Below, piece after piece: positions 43,349 through 52,716 of a DNA stretch of 56,030 bases. Each line of letters starts with the position of its first letter. The stretch's first letter is position 1. The stretch is taken from positions 1 through 56,030 of IMG/VR virus record IMGVR_UViG_3300022744_000033; one strand, given 5' to 3'. This DNA comes from a virus (taxonomy: Duplodnaviria > Caudoviricetes). The notes beneath the pieces were generated by a model that saw nothing but the letters and a program-made list of their open reading frames with translations, was not told the origin of the DNA and did not search any database. A program made the translations under genes and the position numbers.

Positions 43349-43866
43349 TGCTCGACTGCGACGAGGGCGGTCCTCGGGTCACACCGAAGGCCACCCCGTG
43401 CGGGTCGGTGCTGGTCACCCCGGTCGACCGCGAAGGTCGCGTGCTGCAACCCCAGGCTGCGCCGGCCGCCCAGGCCCCCACGCATCCCGGCGGCATCCTT
43501 CGCCGACTCACCGCGCTCCTGGCGGTTCTTCCCATGCGCATCGGCCGCCATCACAGTTCCGGCTCCCTGAGCGTGACGCTCGCAGCTGACGACGTGGGGA
43601 TGCCCGGCGCAACGGTCGTGGCGGTCGAGGGGCGCGGCCTGCTGGCGCTGGCCCAGGCGAACGCCAAGCGGCGGCGCTTCTACATCCTGAACGACCACGA
43701 CACGGAGCCCCTGCGGGTCAAGTTCGGCCTGGGTTGCGGGCCGGGCAGTGCGACCCTGGTGCTGCAGCCGGGCTGCTTCTATGACTCCAAGGGCTACCCG
43801 GCCTACACCGGCATCATCACCTGCTACGGCAAGCGCGTGAACGCGCAGGTCACTGAGGTGTTCTAG
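43348..43866 (+). CDS. Hypothetical protein
   Basis: TGATG coupling; last gene of the rightward late region. Confidence 0.55.
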   Translation: MLDCDEGGPRVTPKATPCGSVLVTPVDREGRVLQPQAAPAAQAPTHPGGILRRLTALLAVLPMRIGRHHSSGSLSVTLAADDVGMPGATVVAVEGRGLLALAQANAKRRRFYILNDHDTEPLRVKFGLGCGPGSATLVLQPGCFYDSKGYPAYTGIITCYGKRVNAQVTEVF

Positions 43867-44164
43867 TCGCCAGGTCCCACACGCTGGTGGGCTGCGTGGC
43901 GATGGCGTGCGCCACGATTTCACCCACGTCGGCGCTGTCGCGGCCCAGGGCGTCCGCGTAGTCCTGCGGGTCCATGTCGCCCAGGTAGGCCGTGCCACGC
44001 GGCGTGCGCGAGTACAGCGCCCCGGTGCAGGCGGCGGCCCCGTGGCGGACCAGCAATTGCACTGCGGTCGCGGCCACCATCTTGCTGGTCGACATCGCGC
44101 ACGCCAGTTCCAGGAGGCTGCGCGGGCGATCCAGCGCCACGAGGGCGCGCTGCCAGGTCTTCAC
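43850..44164 (-). CDS. Possible winged-helix protein
   Basis: PRSLLELACAM...AVQLLVRHG...YSRTPRG pattern; GTGA coupling. Confidence 0.45.
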   Translation of the reverse strand: MKTWQRALVALDRPRSLLELACAMSTSKMVAATAVQLLVRHGAAACTGALYSRTPRGTAYLGDMDPQDYADALGRDSADVGEIVAHAIATQPTSVWDLATRTPQ

Positions 44165-44367
44165 AGGTTGCCCCCGGGGTGGTCGTGCGTGCGAGCGGCC
44201 CCCGCCGGCGCGGTGAACACCGGGATGAACCGGCCGTTGCAGCCGTGCTCGCCTCGGCTGAAGTCCATCGCCGTCCCACCGAACGGGATGACGCGCAGGA
44301 AGCGGGCGCAACGGTCCTGGTGCGGGCAGGGCTTGAGGGGCCTGCAGCGGATCATGGGGTCGGTCAT
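44161..44367 (-). CDS. Small Cys-rich protein
   Basis: CRPLKPCPHQDRCARF; GAGG RBS. Confidence 0.55.
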   Translation of the reverse strand: MTDPMIRCRPLKPCPHQDRCARFLRVIPFGGTAMDFSRGEHGCNGRFIPVFTAPAGAARTHDHPGGNL

Positions 44368-44369
44368 GG

Positions 44370-44702
44370 CTACCTCGCGGTGATGACGGTGACGGTGTGC
44401 CCATGCTTCGCCATTTCGGCAAGCTCGTCAAGGATGGGCTGGGCGTCAAACAAGTGGGTGTCGTCCAGGCCGACCGCGATGCGGTCAGTCCTGCCGAATT
44501 CGTCCCGGAGCCGGTGCATCGCCAAGATGGGGTCCAAGACGAGAAAGCTGTGCCCGGGTTTCCGCCAAAATTCAAGCGCAGATATCACGGTCGGCTTGAC
44601 CATGATTGCGAGGAAGCCCCGTGACCGAAGCCCGTCCAGCATGGCGGACATGATGGTCGTGCGTCCCGTTTGGTTGACGCTTCCGAGGTCGATTTCGGTC
44701 AT
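44370..44702 (-). CDS. Mini P-loop protein, thymidine-kinase-core-like (paralog 1)
   Basis: IDLGS...GRTT, MVKP, AVGLDD..LF...LAEMA..G..V.V. Confidence 0.5.
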   Translation of the reverse strand: MTEIDLGSVNQTGRTTIMSAMLDGLRSRGFLAIMVKPTVISALEFWRKPGHSFLVLDPILAMHRLRDEFGRTDRIAVGLDDTHLFDAQPILDELAEMAKHGHTVTVITAR

Positions 44703-44704
44703 GG

Positions 44705-45034
44705 TCAGTCGCTCCTGAGAATGAGCGCAGGGCGACGGTGCCGGATCAGTTCGGTCACCCGGTCCTGATAGGCGTAGCCCCACATGCCCACATTGTCCAG
44801 CCCGATCGCGGCGTAGTCCACCGCGCCCTGGCACTTGATGAATTGCTCAACGCTCATGCAGCGCAGGTCATGACCCGTCTGCGCACGCGCCAGGGCTGAC
44901 CGGGTGCTGGTGTCGGTCACGTACAGCGCGGCGGTTCCCATGCGCTGCAGGCCCGCCAGCGTGGCCAGCATCAGCGTGGTGCGGCCCGAGCGGGGCTCGC
45001 TGCCCAGGTCGATGGTGCGGTGGGTGGTGGTCAT
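44705..45034 (-). CDS. Mini P-loop protein (paralog 2)
   Basis: IDLGS..RSGRTT, ALYVT, AIGLDN. Confidence 0.5.
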   Translation of the reverse strand: MTTTHRTIDLGSEPRSGRTTLMLATLAGLQRMGTAALYVTDTSTRSALARAQTGHDLRCMSVEQFIKCQGAVDYAAIGLDNVGMWGYAYQDRVTELIRHRRPALILRSD

Positions 45035-45525
45035 GCGCCTGTACTTCCAAAACCGCCAGCGCCGCGCTCGGTCGGCGACAGGAACAGCACCATGTCGAAC
45101 ACGACACGCGGTGCCGGCACGACCATACCCTGGGCGATGCGGTCGCCGGCCTTGACCAGCATGCCATCCTCCAGCGGGTGGTCGCTGACCAGCGGAACCA
45201 TGACGGGGCCACGGTAATCGGCGTCCACAACGCCGACGCAATTGGCCGGTCGGATGCCTCGCTTGCTGGCGTTGCCGCTGCGGGCGAACAGCAGCAGGGC
45301 GTGACCTGCCGGCACCGCGAAGGACAGGCCGGTGTTCACCAGCGATGCCTGTTCCTGGGCCGTCCAGACCAGGATGTCCTCGGCGGCGTACAGGTCGAAC
45401 GCCCCGCTGCCGTCTGTGGCGTAGGTCGGCATCCTGGCGGCGGGGTGCAGCTTGGCGATCTGCACGCGCATCACGTCGGGCGTGTCGCCCTCGCCGTCGT
45501 CGGCGTCATCGTTCGGTCCGCGCAT
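45031..45525 (-). CDS. dut: Trimeric dUTPase
   Basis: All five motifs: AFDL, RSG, GVVDADYRG, GDRIAQ, RGAGGFGSTG. Confidence 0.93.
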   Translation of the reverse strand: MRGPNDDADDGEGDTPDVMRVQIAKLHPAARMPTYATDGSGAFDLYAAEDILVWTAQEQASLVNTGLSFAVPAGHALLLFARSGNASKRGIRPANCVGVVDADYRGPVMVPLVSDHPLEDGMLVKAGDRIAQGMVVPAPRVVFDMVLFLSPTERGAGGFGSTGA

Positions 45526-46244
45526 CACATCACTCCCCTTCGGATCATGTCCAGGCGCAGCACCACGCTGCGGCGCGCACGCCAGGCGCTCTGGTTGAAC
45601 ATCCAGCACAGCAGGCCGGCGTCGCGGTACTCAGTGGGTGTGGGCACGGGTGGCCTCCTTCAGTCGTTCGGCCATGCGGTCGGCCAGCCAGTTGAGCCGG
45701 TCGCGTTCGTTGCGACTCGGGGTGCAGAAAGCGTTCCAGCGCAGGTCGTTGATGCGCTGGGTCATCTTGATGGCGGTGCCTTGGGTCATTTGCTGGGCTC
45801 CTGTGAGTGTGTGTGTCCTAATACTGCCGGAACTACGCCAGAACGTCAAGCCCCATCAGCAACCTTGCGCTGTCCACCGCTGAATTGAGCCCGGGAGCGT
45901 GGCCTTGATCCAACAGCCAGCATCCCAGGGCTTGCGCTCGGACGTACTGCTGCCAGGGCTCGACCGGCATGCTCAGGTCCAGCAGCCACCACGGCGGCGT
46001 GGCGTAGCCGTAGCGCGCGGCGTTGGCGGACAGCCAGGCGGGGGTCACGGCTGGGTGACGGGCCGTTGCGGGCAGATGACCACCTCGCCGGGGCGCAGCG
46101 GGGCGGCATCCAGGAGGGCCTGCAGCGACTGGCCGGGACCTGAGAACCGCTGCAGGCCGCCCTCGGGGTCGACCGCGCCGACGATGCGGCCGGCGGTGTC
46201 CAGCACGGTGTGCTCGGGCGTGACGATGTAGGTGAGCATGGGTG

Positions 46245-46508
46245 TCATGGCAGGTTGCGGGCCTTCGCCCACGCGATGATCTTGTGCAGCTTGCATTTTC
46301 CAGGAATGCGCAGCGCACCCTGGGCGATGCGGCCTTCGAGCCGCTTGACGGGCACGCCCGTGGCCAGCGATGCGGCCGGCAGTGAGCCGTGGGTCACCAG
46401 CGCGTCCCAGGTTGCCGCCTGCAGCGGCGTGAGGCCGTAGGGTATCCACGGCTTGGGGCTCGGCTCCGGGTCGGGCAAGCGGTGCCGCAGGGTCAGCTGG
46501 TGGAACAT
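46245..46508 (-). CDS. LuxR/GerE-like HTH protein (single PYGLT domain)
   Basis: PYGLTPLQ...HGS...A...GV...IPG..W; paralogous to 49486-50368. Confidence 0.55.
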   Translation of the reverse strand: MFHQLTLRHRLPDPEPSPKPWIPYGLTPLQAATWDALVTHGSLPAASLATGVPVKRLEGRIAQGALRIPGKCKLHKIIAWAKARNLP

Positions 46509-46509
46509 C

Positions 46510-46905
46510 TCAGGCCTTGCCCTTGGCGGCCTTGAATGCGGCGTGCGCGTTGATGGACACCAGGATCGCCAGGCCGGTGATGGCCAGATAGTCGATCGCG
46601 CTGAACACCATGACGCCCTCCAGCAGCGCGGTGAAGCCCCAGGCTTTCCACCGGTTCTTGCACCAGCGTTCGGACCAGTCGGCCAGGGTCGGCGCGCTGT
46701 AGACCAGGGCGGCGACCACCAGCGGCCACATCCACGGGCGGTCCGGGGCCTCGATGTGCGCGATGACGTAGGACGCCACGGGCAGGAAGCCTGCCGCCAC
46801 CGCGGCGATGACCTGACCGAACGTGCGCTGATCGCTGGCGGTCAGCTTGGGCAGCACCTTGCGAGACTTGGATGGCTTGGGCTTGAGTTGGACGACGGCG
46901 CTCAT
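46510..46905 (-). CDS. Multi-TM membrane protein
   Basis: Basic N-terminus followed by about four hydrophobic segments. Confidence 0.6.
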   Translation of the reverse strand: MSAVVQLKPKPSKSRKVLPKLTASDQRTFGQVIAAVAAGFLPVASYVIAHIEAPDRPWMWPLVVAALVYSAPTLADWSERWCKNRWKAWGFTALLEGVMVFSAIDYLAITGLAILVSINAHAAFKAAKGKA

Positions 46906-47213
46906 GCCAGCACCTCGGTCCAGTCGGTGAGCCAGCGGACGAAGCCCGGGCGACCCTGCAGGCGGTGTTCCTCTTGCAAACTGTCCACCGCGGCGGGACA
47001 GTGCTCCCCGTTGCTCTGTGCCAGCAGCGCCACCCGGTAGCGCACCATCACCGGCTTGATGCGGTAGCCCGTGCTGCTGCGGTACAGGTGCGGGAGCTTG
47101 TCGGCCACGTCGGCGTTCGGAATGTCAACCCAGACTTCGCCGTCCAGGTACTGCAGGGTCTTGCCGTCCAGCCACGCGCGGACCAGCGCACCGTGGGGGT
47201 ATTTCTCGCTCAT
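46902..47213 (-). CDS. Hypothetical phage protein
   Basis: H..LVRAWLDGKTLQY...YRIKP pattern; coupled start and stop. Confidence 0.55.
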   Translation of the reverse strand: MSEKYPHGALVRAWLDGKTLQYLDGEVWVDIPNADVADKLPHLYRSSTGYRIKPVMVRYRVALLAQSNGEHCPAAVDSLQEEHRLQGRPGFVRWLTDWTEVLA

Positions 47214-47425
47214 GGAAGTTGCTCCAGTTTGTCGGCCCACATTTCGGCCTCCGCTTCACTGCGGGTTGCGCCAGCGCGCAGGGCCAGGTAGTAGGCGGAT
47301 CGGGGACCGTGGACGCACGCGCCGCCCATCCGACGATGAGGGAACCAGTAGCCCCCGCAATCGCAGCGCAAGCGGGTGTTGCGCCAAGTGCTCAGGGCAC
47401 GTTGATTGCCGGGGGCGTTCTTCAC
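47210..47425 (-). CDS. Small Cys/His protein
   Basis: CDCGGYWFPHR....C motif. Confidence 0.5.
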   Translation of the reverse strand: MKNAPGNQRALSTWRNTRLRCDCGGYWFPHRRMGGACVHGPRSAYYLALRAGATRSEAEAEMWADKLEQLP

Positions 47426-47566
47426 GTCAATAGACGCTGTTGCGGACCGGGTATTTGGTCACGCGGCTGCCGTCGCTGTAGACGTGGATCAGCCGACCGT
47501 CGCAGGTGGGCTCGGTGCGCAGCAGACGCGGCGCGGGCTTGGTGCAGTGGCACATGGTGTGCTCCT

Positions 47567-47962
47567 TCAGGTTGATGCCGGTGGCCGACCGGCGGCGGTT
47601 TTCAGTCGCTCGACCTCTGCCCGCAGCGCGTCACGCTCGGCCTCGACCTCAAACATCTTGACGTTCCACCATTCCTGGCGCTTGGCGAATTCCTCGTTCG
47701 CCTGTTTCAGCGCGTCGCGCTCGGCCTCGGCGTTCTCGGAGCGGATGCGCCAATCGTGGACGGCCTCGCCCAGGCGGTCGATCCGGTCAGCCTTCGTGGC
47801 GCAACTGTCGGCCAGCGCGTCGCGCTCTTTCTCGACCGCATCGAGGCGGCGCAGCTCGGCGGCGGCCTCGCGGTCCTTGTCGCCTTCGGGCTTCGTGCGG
47901 CCGAACCTCATGTACTCCAGCCATTCGGCGCAGGCTTGCGCCTTGCTCTTGGTGTCAGCCAT
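47567..47962 (-). CDS. Coiled-coil hypothetical protein
   Basis: AAAELRRL and repeated ERDAL units; GGAG RBS. Confidence 0.55.
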   Translation of the reverse strand: MADTKSKAQACAEWLEYMRFGRTKPEGDKDREAAAELRRLDAVEKERDALADSCATKADRIDRLGEAVHDWRIRSENAEAERDALKQANEEFAKRQEWWNVKMFEVEAERDALRAEVERLKTAAGRPPAST

Positions 47963-48213
47963 TGCGGGGCTCCTTCGTGGCGGTTGCCGCCTTGAGTTCG
48001 TAGAAGGTGCGCTCGTTCACCAGGAAGGCTCGGCCCATACACATGACCTCACCGTCTTTCACCAGCGGCTTCTGAAAACCGCAGACCATGCGCGACCATG
48101 ATGCGAACTCAGCGCGCGTCATGCCTGTCGGCGGCGGTACATCGGGCGGCAGGACGTAGCGAGGCCGCTTCGGCTCAACGTGGACCGGAAGCCCGTAGAC
48201 GCTCAGTGACGTG

Positions 48214-48564
48214 TCAGCCATGATCCTTGCCCCCTTCCTGGCCCGTGGCCAGTGTGACGCCCCATGCCTCGGCACAGGCGCGCTCGACGGCGCGGACAAA
48301 CTCGGTCGTGTTGTCGGGCAAGATCGCAAGACCTAGACAGGCGAGGCCGGAATCACACACGCACTTGTTGATCGCCTCAGCCGTCAACACCTCCCCCACT
48401 GGAACAGGCGCAGCGGCAAGCATGTCGGCATAAAGCTCGGCCAACTCGACTCTCGGAAGGCCCCATTGCTTGTAAATCTTTAGCAGCATTTCCGGCGTCG
48501 GCTCTCTTGGAACAGACACCCAGCCCGGCCGATCCACTGGCCCCGTCGCATCTTTGTCGCTCAT
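48214..48564 (-). CDS. Hypothetical protein
   Basis: GWVSVPREPTPEM...Y..MLAAAP modular motif. Confidence 0.55.
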   Translation of the reverse strand: MSDKDATGPVDRPGWVSVPREPTPEMLLKIYKQWGLPRVELAELYADMLAAAPVPVGEVLTAEAINKCVCDSGLACLGLAILPDNTTEFVRAVERACAEAWGVTLATGQEGGKDHG

Positions 48565-49274
48565 GCGGCACCGCCTTCCTGGCCCGTGGCCTCGATCTTG
48601 GCGAGGACAGCAATCTCCATCGGCCTGAACATCATCTGAAGCGCTGTCAGGGCCTCAACCATCTCATCGGCATGCTGCTGTGCCGGGGTCAGCACAGGCG
48701 CGGGGGCTGGGACTGCATACAACGGCGTCGGGCGGACATAGCTCACGCCGTCGTCATTGCTTCGCAGGTAGTCCGCGCCGCAGACGCCGAACGGGTAGTT
48801 GAGCTGTGACAGCGACACCTTCTTGTCTGCAACCGTCTTGCCGTACTCCAGTGTGTAGAGCCACGCCACCGGAGCGGGGGCGGAGAACTCGGCAGCGACC
48901 TTACCTGCGAATCGGTCGGCAGTCCCTAGGTTGAACGCGGCGCACTGGCCCGACTCCAGGGTCAAGTGCAGCCACAGCAAGCCGTCATCATCGGGGCCGG
49001 TGATGCGCATAGACCGGCCGGCCTGCGCCACCGGAGCGGGGGCGGGGGCGGCGAGCGAGCCCTCGACGTGCATCAGGCGGTGCCTCTCGTCAGGCGTGAC
49101 CCACCGCACGGCGGCATCCCACAGCACGGCGCTGCGGTCGCCGTCCTTTTCCAGCACGTAGCCGGCGACCTCGTAGCCTTGAGCCCTCAGATCGGCGGCC
49201 TTGAGCTTTGCCACGCTTGACATGCGATCGGCCGGATGCGCCACCGGAGCGGGGGCGTTCGCGTCATCATTCAT
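48561..49274 (-). CDS. Modular hypothetical protein with APAPVA linkers
   Basis: GGAG RBS; three identical 18-nt linkers. Confidence 0.55.
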   Translation of the reverse strand: MNDDANAPAPVAHPADRMSSVAKLKAADLRAQGYEVAGYVLEKDGDRSAVLWDAAVRWVTPDERHRLMHVEGSLAAPAPAPVAQAGRSMRITGPDDDGLLWLHLTLESGQCAAFNLGTADRFAGKVAAEFSAPAPVAWLYTLEYGKTVADKKVSLSQLNYPFGVCGADYLRSNDDGVSYVRPTPLYAVPAPAPVLTPAQQHADEMVEALTALQMMFRPMEIAVLAKIEATGQEGGAA

Positions 49275-49485
49275 TTGCTTCTCCTGGTGTGAGTGGTGGC
49301 CTTGCGGTCCATGACGCAAATATGGCGTATGGCGGCGCGCTTGTCAACGTCTGAATTGAACCACCACTCGACGTGTTGCTGGACTGCACATTGCACCGGG
49401 GCCGGCGGGGGTGGTGGAGCTGGCGGCAAGGGCCACAGGTACACGGCCAGCATCCCGGAGCACAGCGCCCCGGTGAGAAACCAGG

Positions 49486-49944
49486 CTACTCGGTGCCACA
49501 TGCTCGCGCTCGCTTCCATGCTGCCTGCTTGTTGCCCATGCGCTCGCCGGGGATCTTGCTGGCGCTGGCTTTGATATGGCTGTACACCGCGCCAGGACTT
49601 ACGCCCAGTCGTTCGGCAATCTCTGCCACTGAAGCACCCTCCGCGTACAAGTCCCACACCCAGGCCTGGCGCACAGATAGGCCGTAGGGGGCCGACTCGG
49701 GCATCGGCGGCCACTCGGGCATCGGGACCAGCCCCCGGTACTCGCGCCACCACATGAGCCTGTGCAGTCGGGGTGCTGGTGGCAGCTGGTCCAGGCTGCG
49801 GCAGACCATCGCCTCCAGTGCGTGCGCGTCGCGGCCCAGGTGACGCGCAGCCTCGGCCGACCCGCCGTGCGTCACGTAGGCATCCAGTGCCTCGATGGCG
49901 CGCGGGGTGAGGCCCCAGGGGTTGTCAACGATGGGTTGCGGCAC
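49486..49944 (-). CDS. Tandem LuxR/sigma-region-4-like HTH protein
   Basis: PWGLT... and PYGLS...GASVAEIAERLGVSPGAVYSHI domains. Confidence 0.65.
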   Translation of the reverse strand: MPQPIVDNPWGLTPRAIEALDAYVTHGGSAEAARHLGRDAHALEAMVCRSLDQLPPAPRLHRLMWWREYRGLVPMPEWPPMPESAPYGLSVRQAWVWDLYAEGASVAEIAERLGVSPGAVYSHIKASASKIPGERMGNKQAAWKRARACGTE

Positions 49945-50368
49945 GCCATGCCTCCAGTTTGAGAAAGTCCGAGTGCCCGGGGAGCTTGAGCAGCGCGCCC
50001 AGGTAGCGAGCGTGGAAGGTGGCACGGCTGACACCCATGGCACGGGCCGCGAGGTACTGCCGGCCATGCTTGATGACCGCCTCGACCGCATGCGCCTGCA
50101 CCTCGGTCAGCCCGTATGGCAGGGCGACGGCCGGCACCGGGGGCGGCGGGCTGGGGCACAGGCCTCGTGCGTCACGCCAGGCCATGCGCTTGTGGAAGAC
50201 GGACGGCCCGGGGATCTTCTCGGCGGCGGCACGCCAGTGCGTGTCAATGGTGCTCAGGCTCACGCCCAACATTTTGACGGTGCTGGCGTTGATGGTGCCG
50301 ACCTGCACGATGGCGTCGAGCACGCGGGCCTGGGCATCGGTGAGGCCCCAGGGGTGTTGCGCGCTCAT
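49925..50368 (-). CDS. Tandem LuxR-like HTH protein
   Basis: PWGLT...LGVSLSTIDTH...KIPG and PYGLT...AARAMGVSRATF...KLPG domains. Confidence 0.65.
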   Translation of the reverse strand: MSAQHPWGLTDAQARVLDAIVQVGTINASTVKMLGVSLSTIDTHWRAAAEKIPGPSVFHKRMAWRDARGLCPSPPPPVPAVALPYGLTEVQAHAVEAVIKHGRQYLAARAMGVSRATFHARYLGALLKLPGHSDFLKLEAWRAATHR

Positions 50369-50877
50369 GCGTCCTCGCCGTACTTGAGCTTCAGCAGCAA
50401 CTGGCAGTAGTGCAGCGCCTTGCGCACGTCGGCCGCGCCGTTCTTCGAGCCGTGGCGGGTGACGTACTTGATGACGTTGCCCTCCAGGTAGCCGATGCCG
50501 TTGGCGTGGATGTACTCCACCGGCTGGATCTTCAGGCCCTTGTAGTGGCTGCCGTCGACCTGGGTTGCGAGGGGGTCCATTGGTGCCGGGGTGGTACGCA
50601 CGGGGACAGACCCCAAGCGCCAGCGGTAGACATTCGACCAGTCCACGGCGGTGTGGTCGACGTAGACCCATTCGCCATTCGGGTCGATCTTGACCTGCAC
50701 GCTGTCGCCGAAGGCAGGCCGCTTGAGCTTGGGGTCGAACTCGCCACTGTCGGCCATCACGGGCTCCCGGAAATTGACGTACCTACCGGCCGGGGTGATG
50801 CAGTCAACGCAGGGCTTGACATGGGCCGGAACATCGCGGTGGGCGCAGTCGTTGCAGGGCTCAGGGGCGCTCATCAC
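50365..50877 (-). CDS. DUF3310-like domain protein
   Basis: QVDGSHYK..IQP.EYI...GNVIKY..R...KNG..D..KA.HY. Confidence 0.7.
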   Translation of the reverse strand: MMSAPEPCNDCAHRDVPAHVKPCVDCITPAGRYVNFREPVMADSGEFDPKLKRPAFGDSVQVKIDPNGEWVYVDHTAVDWSNVYRWRLGSVPVRTTPAPMDPLATQVDGSHYKGLKIQPVEYIHANGIGYLEGNVIKYVTRHGSKNGAADVRKALHYCQLLLKLKYGEDA

Positions 50878-51208
50878 CTTCTCCCATCGGCCGCGCGGCC
50901 ATCTCGAAGACCACCTCGGTCAGCCCGACGTAGCCAATCACCGCGGCCATTGCCGGCCATCCGATGTCGATGCAAGCCGCAACGGCCAACATTCCAGAGA
51001 ACAGACGCCACAGCTGGTGCGGCGGATCGCCGTCCTCGATCATGTCGCGGCACTTGATGACCGCGGCCTTGAAGTTGACGCCGAGCACGGCGGTGACGGC
51101 GGCCAGCACGGTCAAGCCGACGTACAGGGCCATGGTCATGCTGGCGGGTTGCTCGGGGCCGCATAGGACGTAAGCCCATAGCAACAGGGGGAGGATGAGG
51201 GTGTTCAT
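50861..51208 (-). CDS. Membrane protein
   Basis: Several hydrophobic segments; coupled to neighbouring genes. Confidence 0.5.
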   Translation of the reverse strand: MNTLILPLLLWAYVLCGPEQPASMTMALYVGLTVLAAVTAVLGVNFKAAVIKCRDMIEDGDPPHQLWRLFSGMLAVAACIDIGWPAMAAVIGYVGLTEVVFEMAARPMGEGDERP

Positions 51209-51678
51209 TGGCCCCACCCCGCTGCCTTGAGCACGCCCATGATGTCCACCTGGACGACCGGCACGGTGCGGTCGACCTTCGGCGTCTTGTCGGTCGGCAT
51301 GTACTTGACCAGGTCGGGCGCGGCCTCGCGCAACTGCTTCAGGGTGGTGCAGCCGTAGGCGAGGGTTCGAACCTGCTTGCGAACACCCTGCACCTTCTCG
51401 CTTTCGGCTGCCGCCGCGCTCACGAGGTCGTCAAGCACGGGGGCCACGTCTTCCGGGCACGGCAGTTCTCCCAGGCCGCTGACCCAGTGGGTGCTGCGGC
51501 GGGCGAAACCCAGCTCGATGATTTTCTCGAACACCTTGGGGTCGATGCTGTGCTCGCGCAGGGCGTCATACATCTCGTCAAGGCATCGGACGTGCGCCTT
51601 GGACTTGGCGGTGCCGGCCGGAACGTCACGCATCACGGCGTTGACGAATTGGTCGCGGATGGTGTTGGTCAGTCGCAT
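51205..51678 (-). CDS. Nmad5-like (nucleotide-modification-associated) protein
   Basis: MRLT..IR...V..V and TTLKQLRE..P.L.KY.P pattern. Confidence 0.5.
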   Translation of the reverse strand: MRLTNTIRDQFVNAVMRDVPAGTAKSKAHVRCLDEMYDALREHSIDPKVFEKIIELGFARRSTHWVSGLGELPCPEDVAPVLDDLVSAAAAESEKVQGVRKQVRTLAYGCTTLKQLREAAPDLVKYMPTDKTPKVDRTVPVVQVDIMGVLKAAGWGQ

Positions 51679-52071
51679 AGTGAGTAGGGTGGTTGAGGTT
51701 TTTGAAAGGGCCAAAAGCTACGCCCCTACATTCTGGGCGCGCTGGTGGGCGGGGTGGGGATGAGGCGGATGTAGAGCACGATGTCCGGGATGGCCGCATA
51801 GGTGCGGGCGGCTTCGCTGGTCAGCAGGCTGACGTCATGCCACTGGCCCGACTTGGCGATCGTCCATTCCGTGCGGAACGAGTGGCCCGCCAGGTGCATG
51901 TAGTCCAGCAGGTCCAGGACGTGCATCAAGGTGAGCTTGCGGCTGTCCTGCAGGTCGTCCAGCAATCCGGCACGCAGCACGCAGCGGCAGTGCATCTCGA
52001 CGTCGCGGTGCTGGCCGTTGCGCAGGACATCCATCACGCTGGCATGGTGCAGACGAAGCCACATGGCCGGC

Positions 52072-52356
52072 TCACTTGGTGCGGGTGATGGTGATGGTCA
52101 CCTGGAGCACTTTGGTTCGACCGATCCTGCCGGCTTCCGTGCAACCGGAGAACTCGCGGTTCGGGAAGTCCTTGCGGGCACGCTCGATGGCCTTCTGGAA
52201 CGCATTGGACAGCCGGCGCTTCATGTCCGGCACTTCGGCCTCGTTGCACGGGTGGTGCTCGCTGACCGATTCGCCGCGCTTCAGGGCACGCAGTTGCGAG
52301 GGGCGGCTGTCCGGGTTGCGGGGACGGCCAACGGGGTTCTTCTTTGCGACGGGCAT
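52072..52356 (-). CDS. Small basic, probably DNA-binding protein
   Basis: GRPR motif; L.AL..GES; first gene after a strong promoter. Confidence 0.55.
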   Translation of the reverse strand: MPVAKKNPVGRPRNPDSRPSQLRALKRGESVSEHHPCNEAEVPDMKRRLSNAFQKAIERARKDFPNREFSGCTEAGRIGRTKVLQVTITITRTK

Positions 52357-52387
52357 TTCGTTCGTCTCGGTGGGTTGCGGTGAGGTC

Positions 52388-52416
52388 AATGTAGGGCGTA
52401 GGTTTGGGCGTGTCAA
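52388..52416 (-). promoter_or_regulatory. Sigma70 promoter of the leftward accessory operon
   Basis: TTGACA - 17 nt - TACATT on the minus strand. Confidence 0.75.
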
Positions 52417-52716
52417 GGGCTATTTTGGACAGGCCAGCACGCCGATGCGTGTGGAAAATTTGGGACGGGGCAAGTTGGCAAAGCGTCTTAGGGAGGATTC
52501 GGGCAGGCCGAGGGCGGCCGAGGGTGGCCGAGGGCTGCAGGGGTCGCCCGGCCGTTTGAGCCGGCCCCCTCGCGCCCCGGAATTTATACCCCCCGGGGGT
52601 ATTTTTGGGGCAAATCCCCCGAAAACCCGCCCGGCCGGGGTCAAAAGCAGCCCAAAACGGCCCCTTTTGCTGCTTTTTTAGGCGTTTTTGGCCGGGGGTA
52701 CCCCCTCCCCCTGCCT

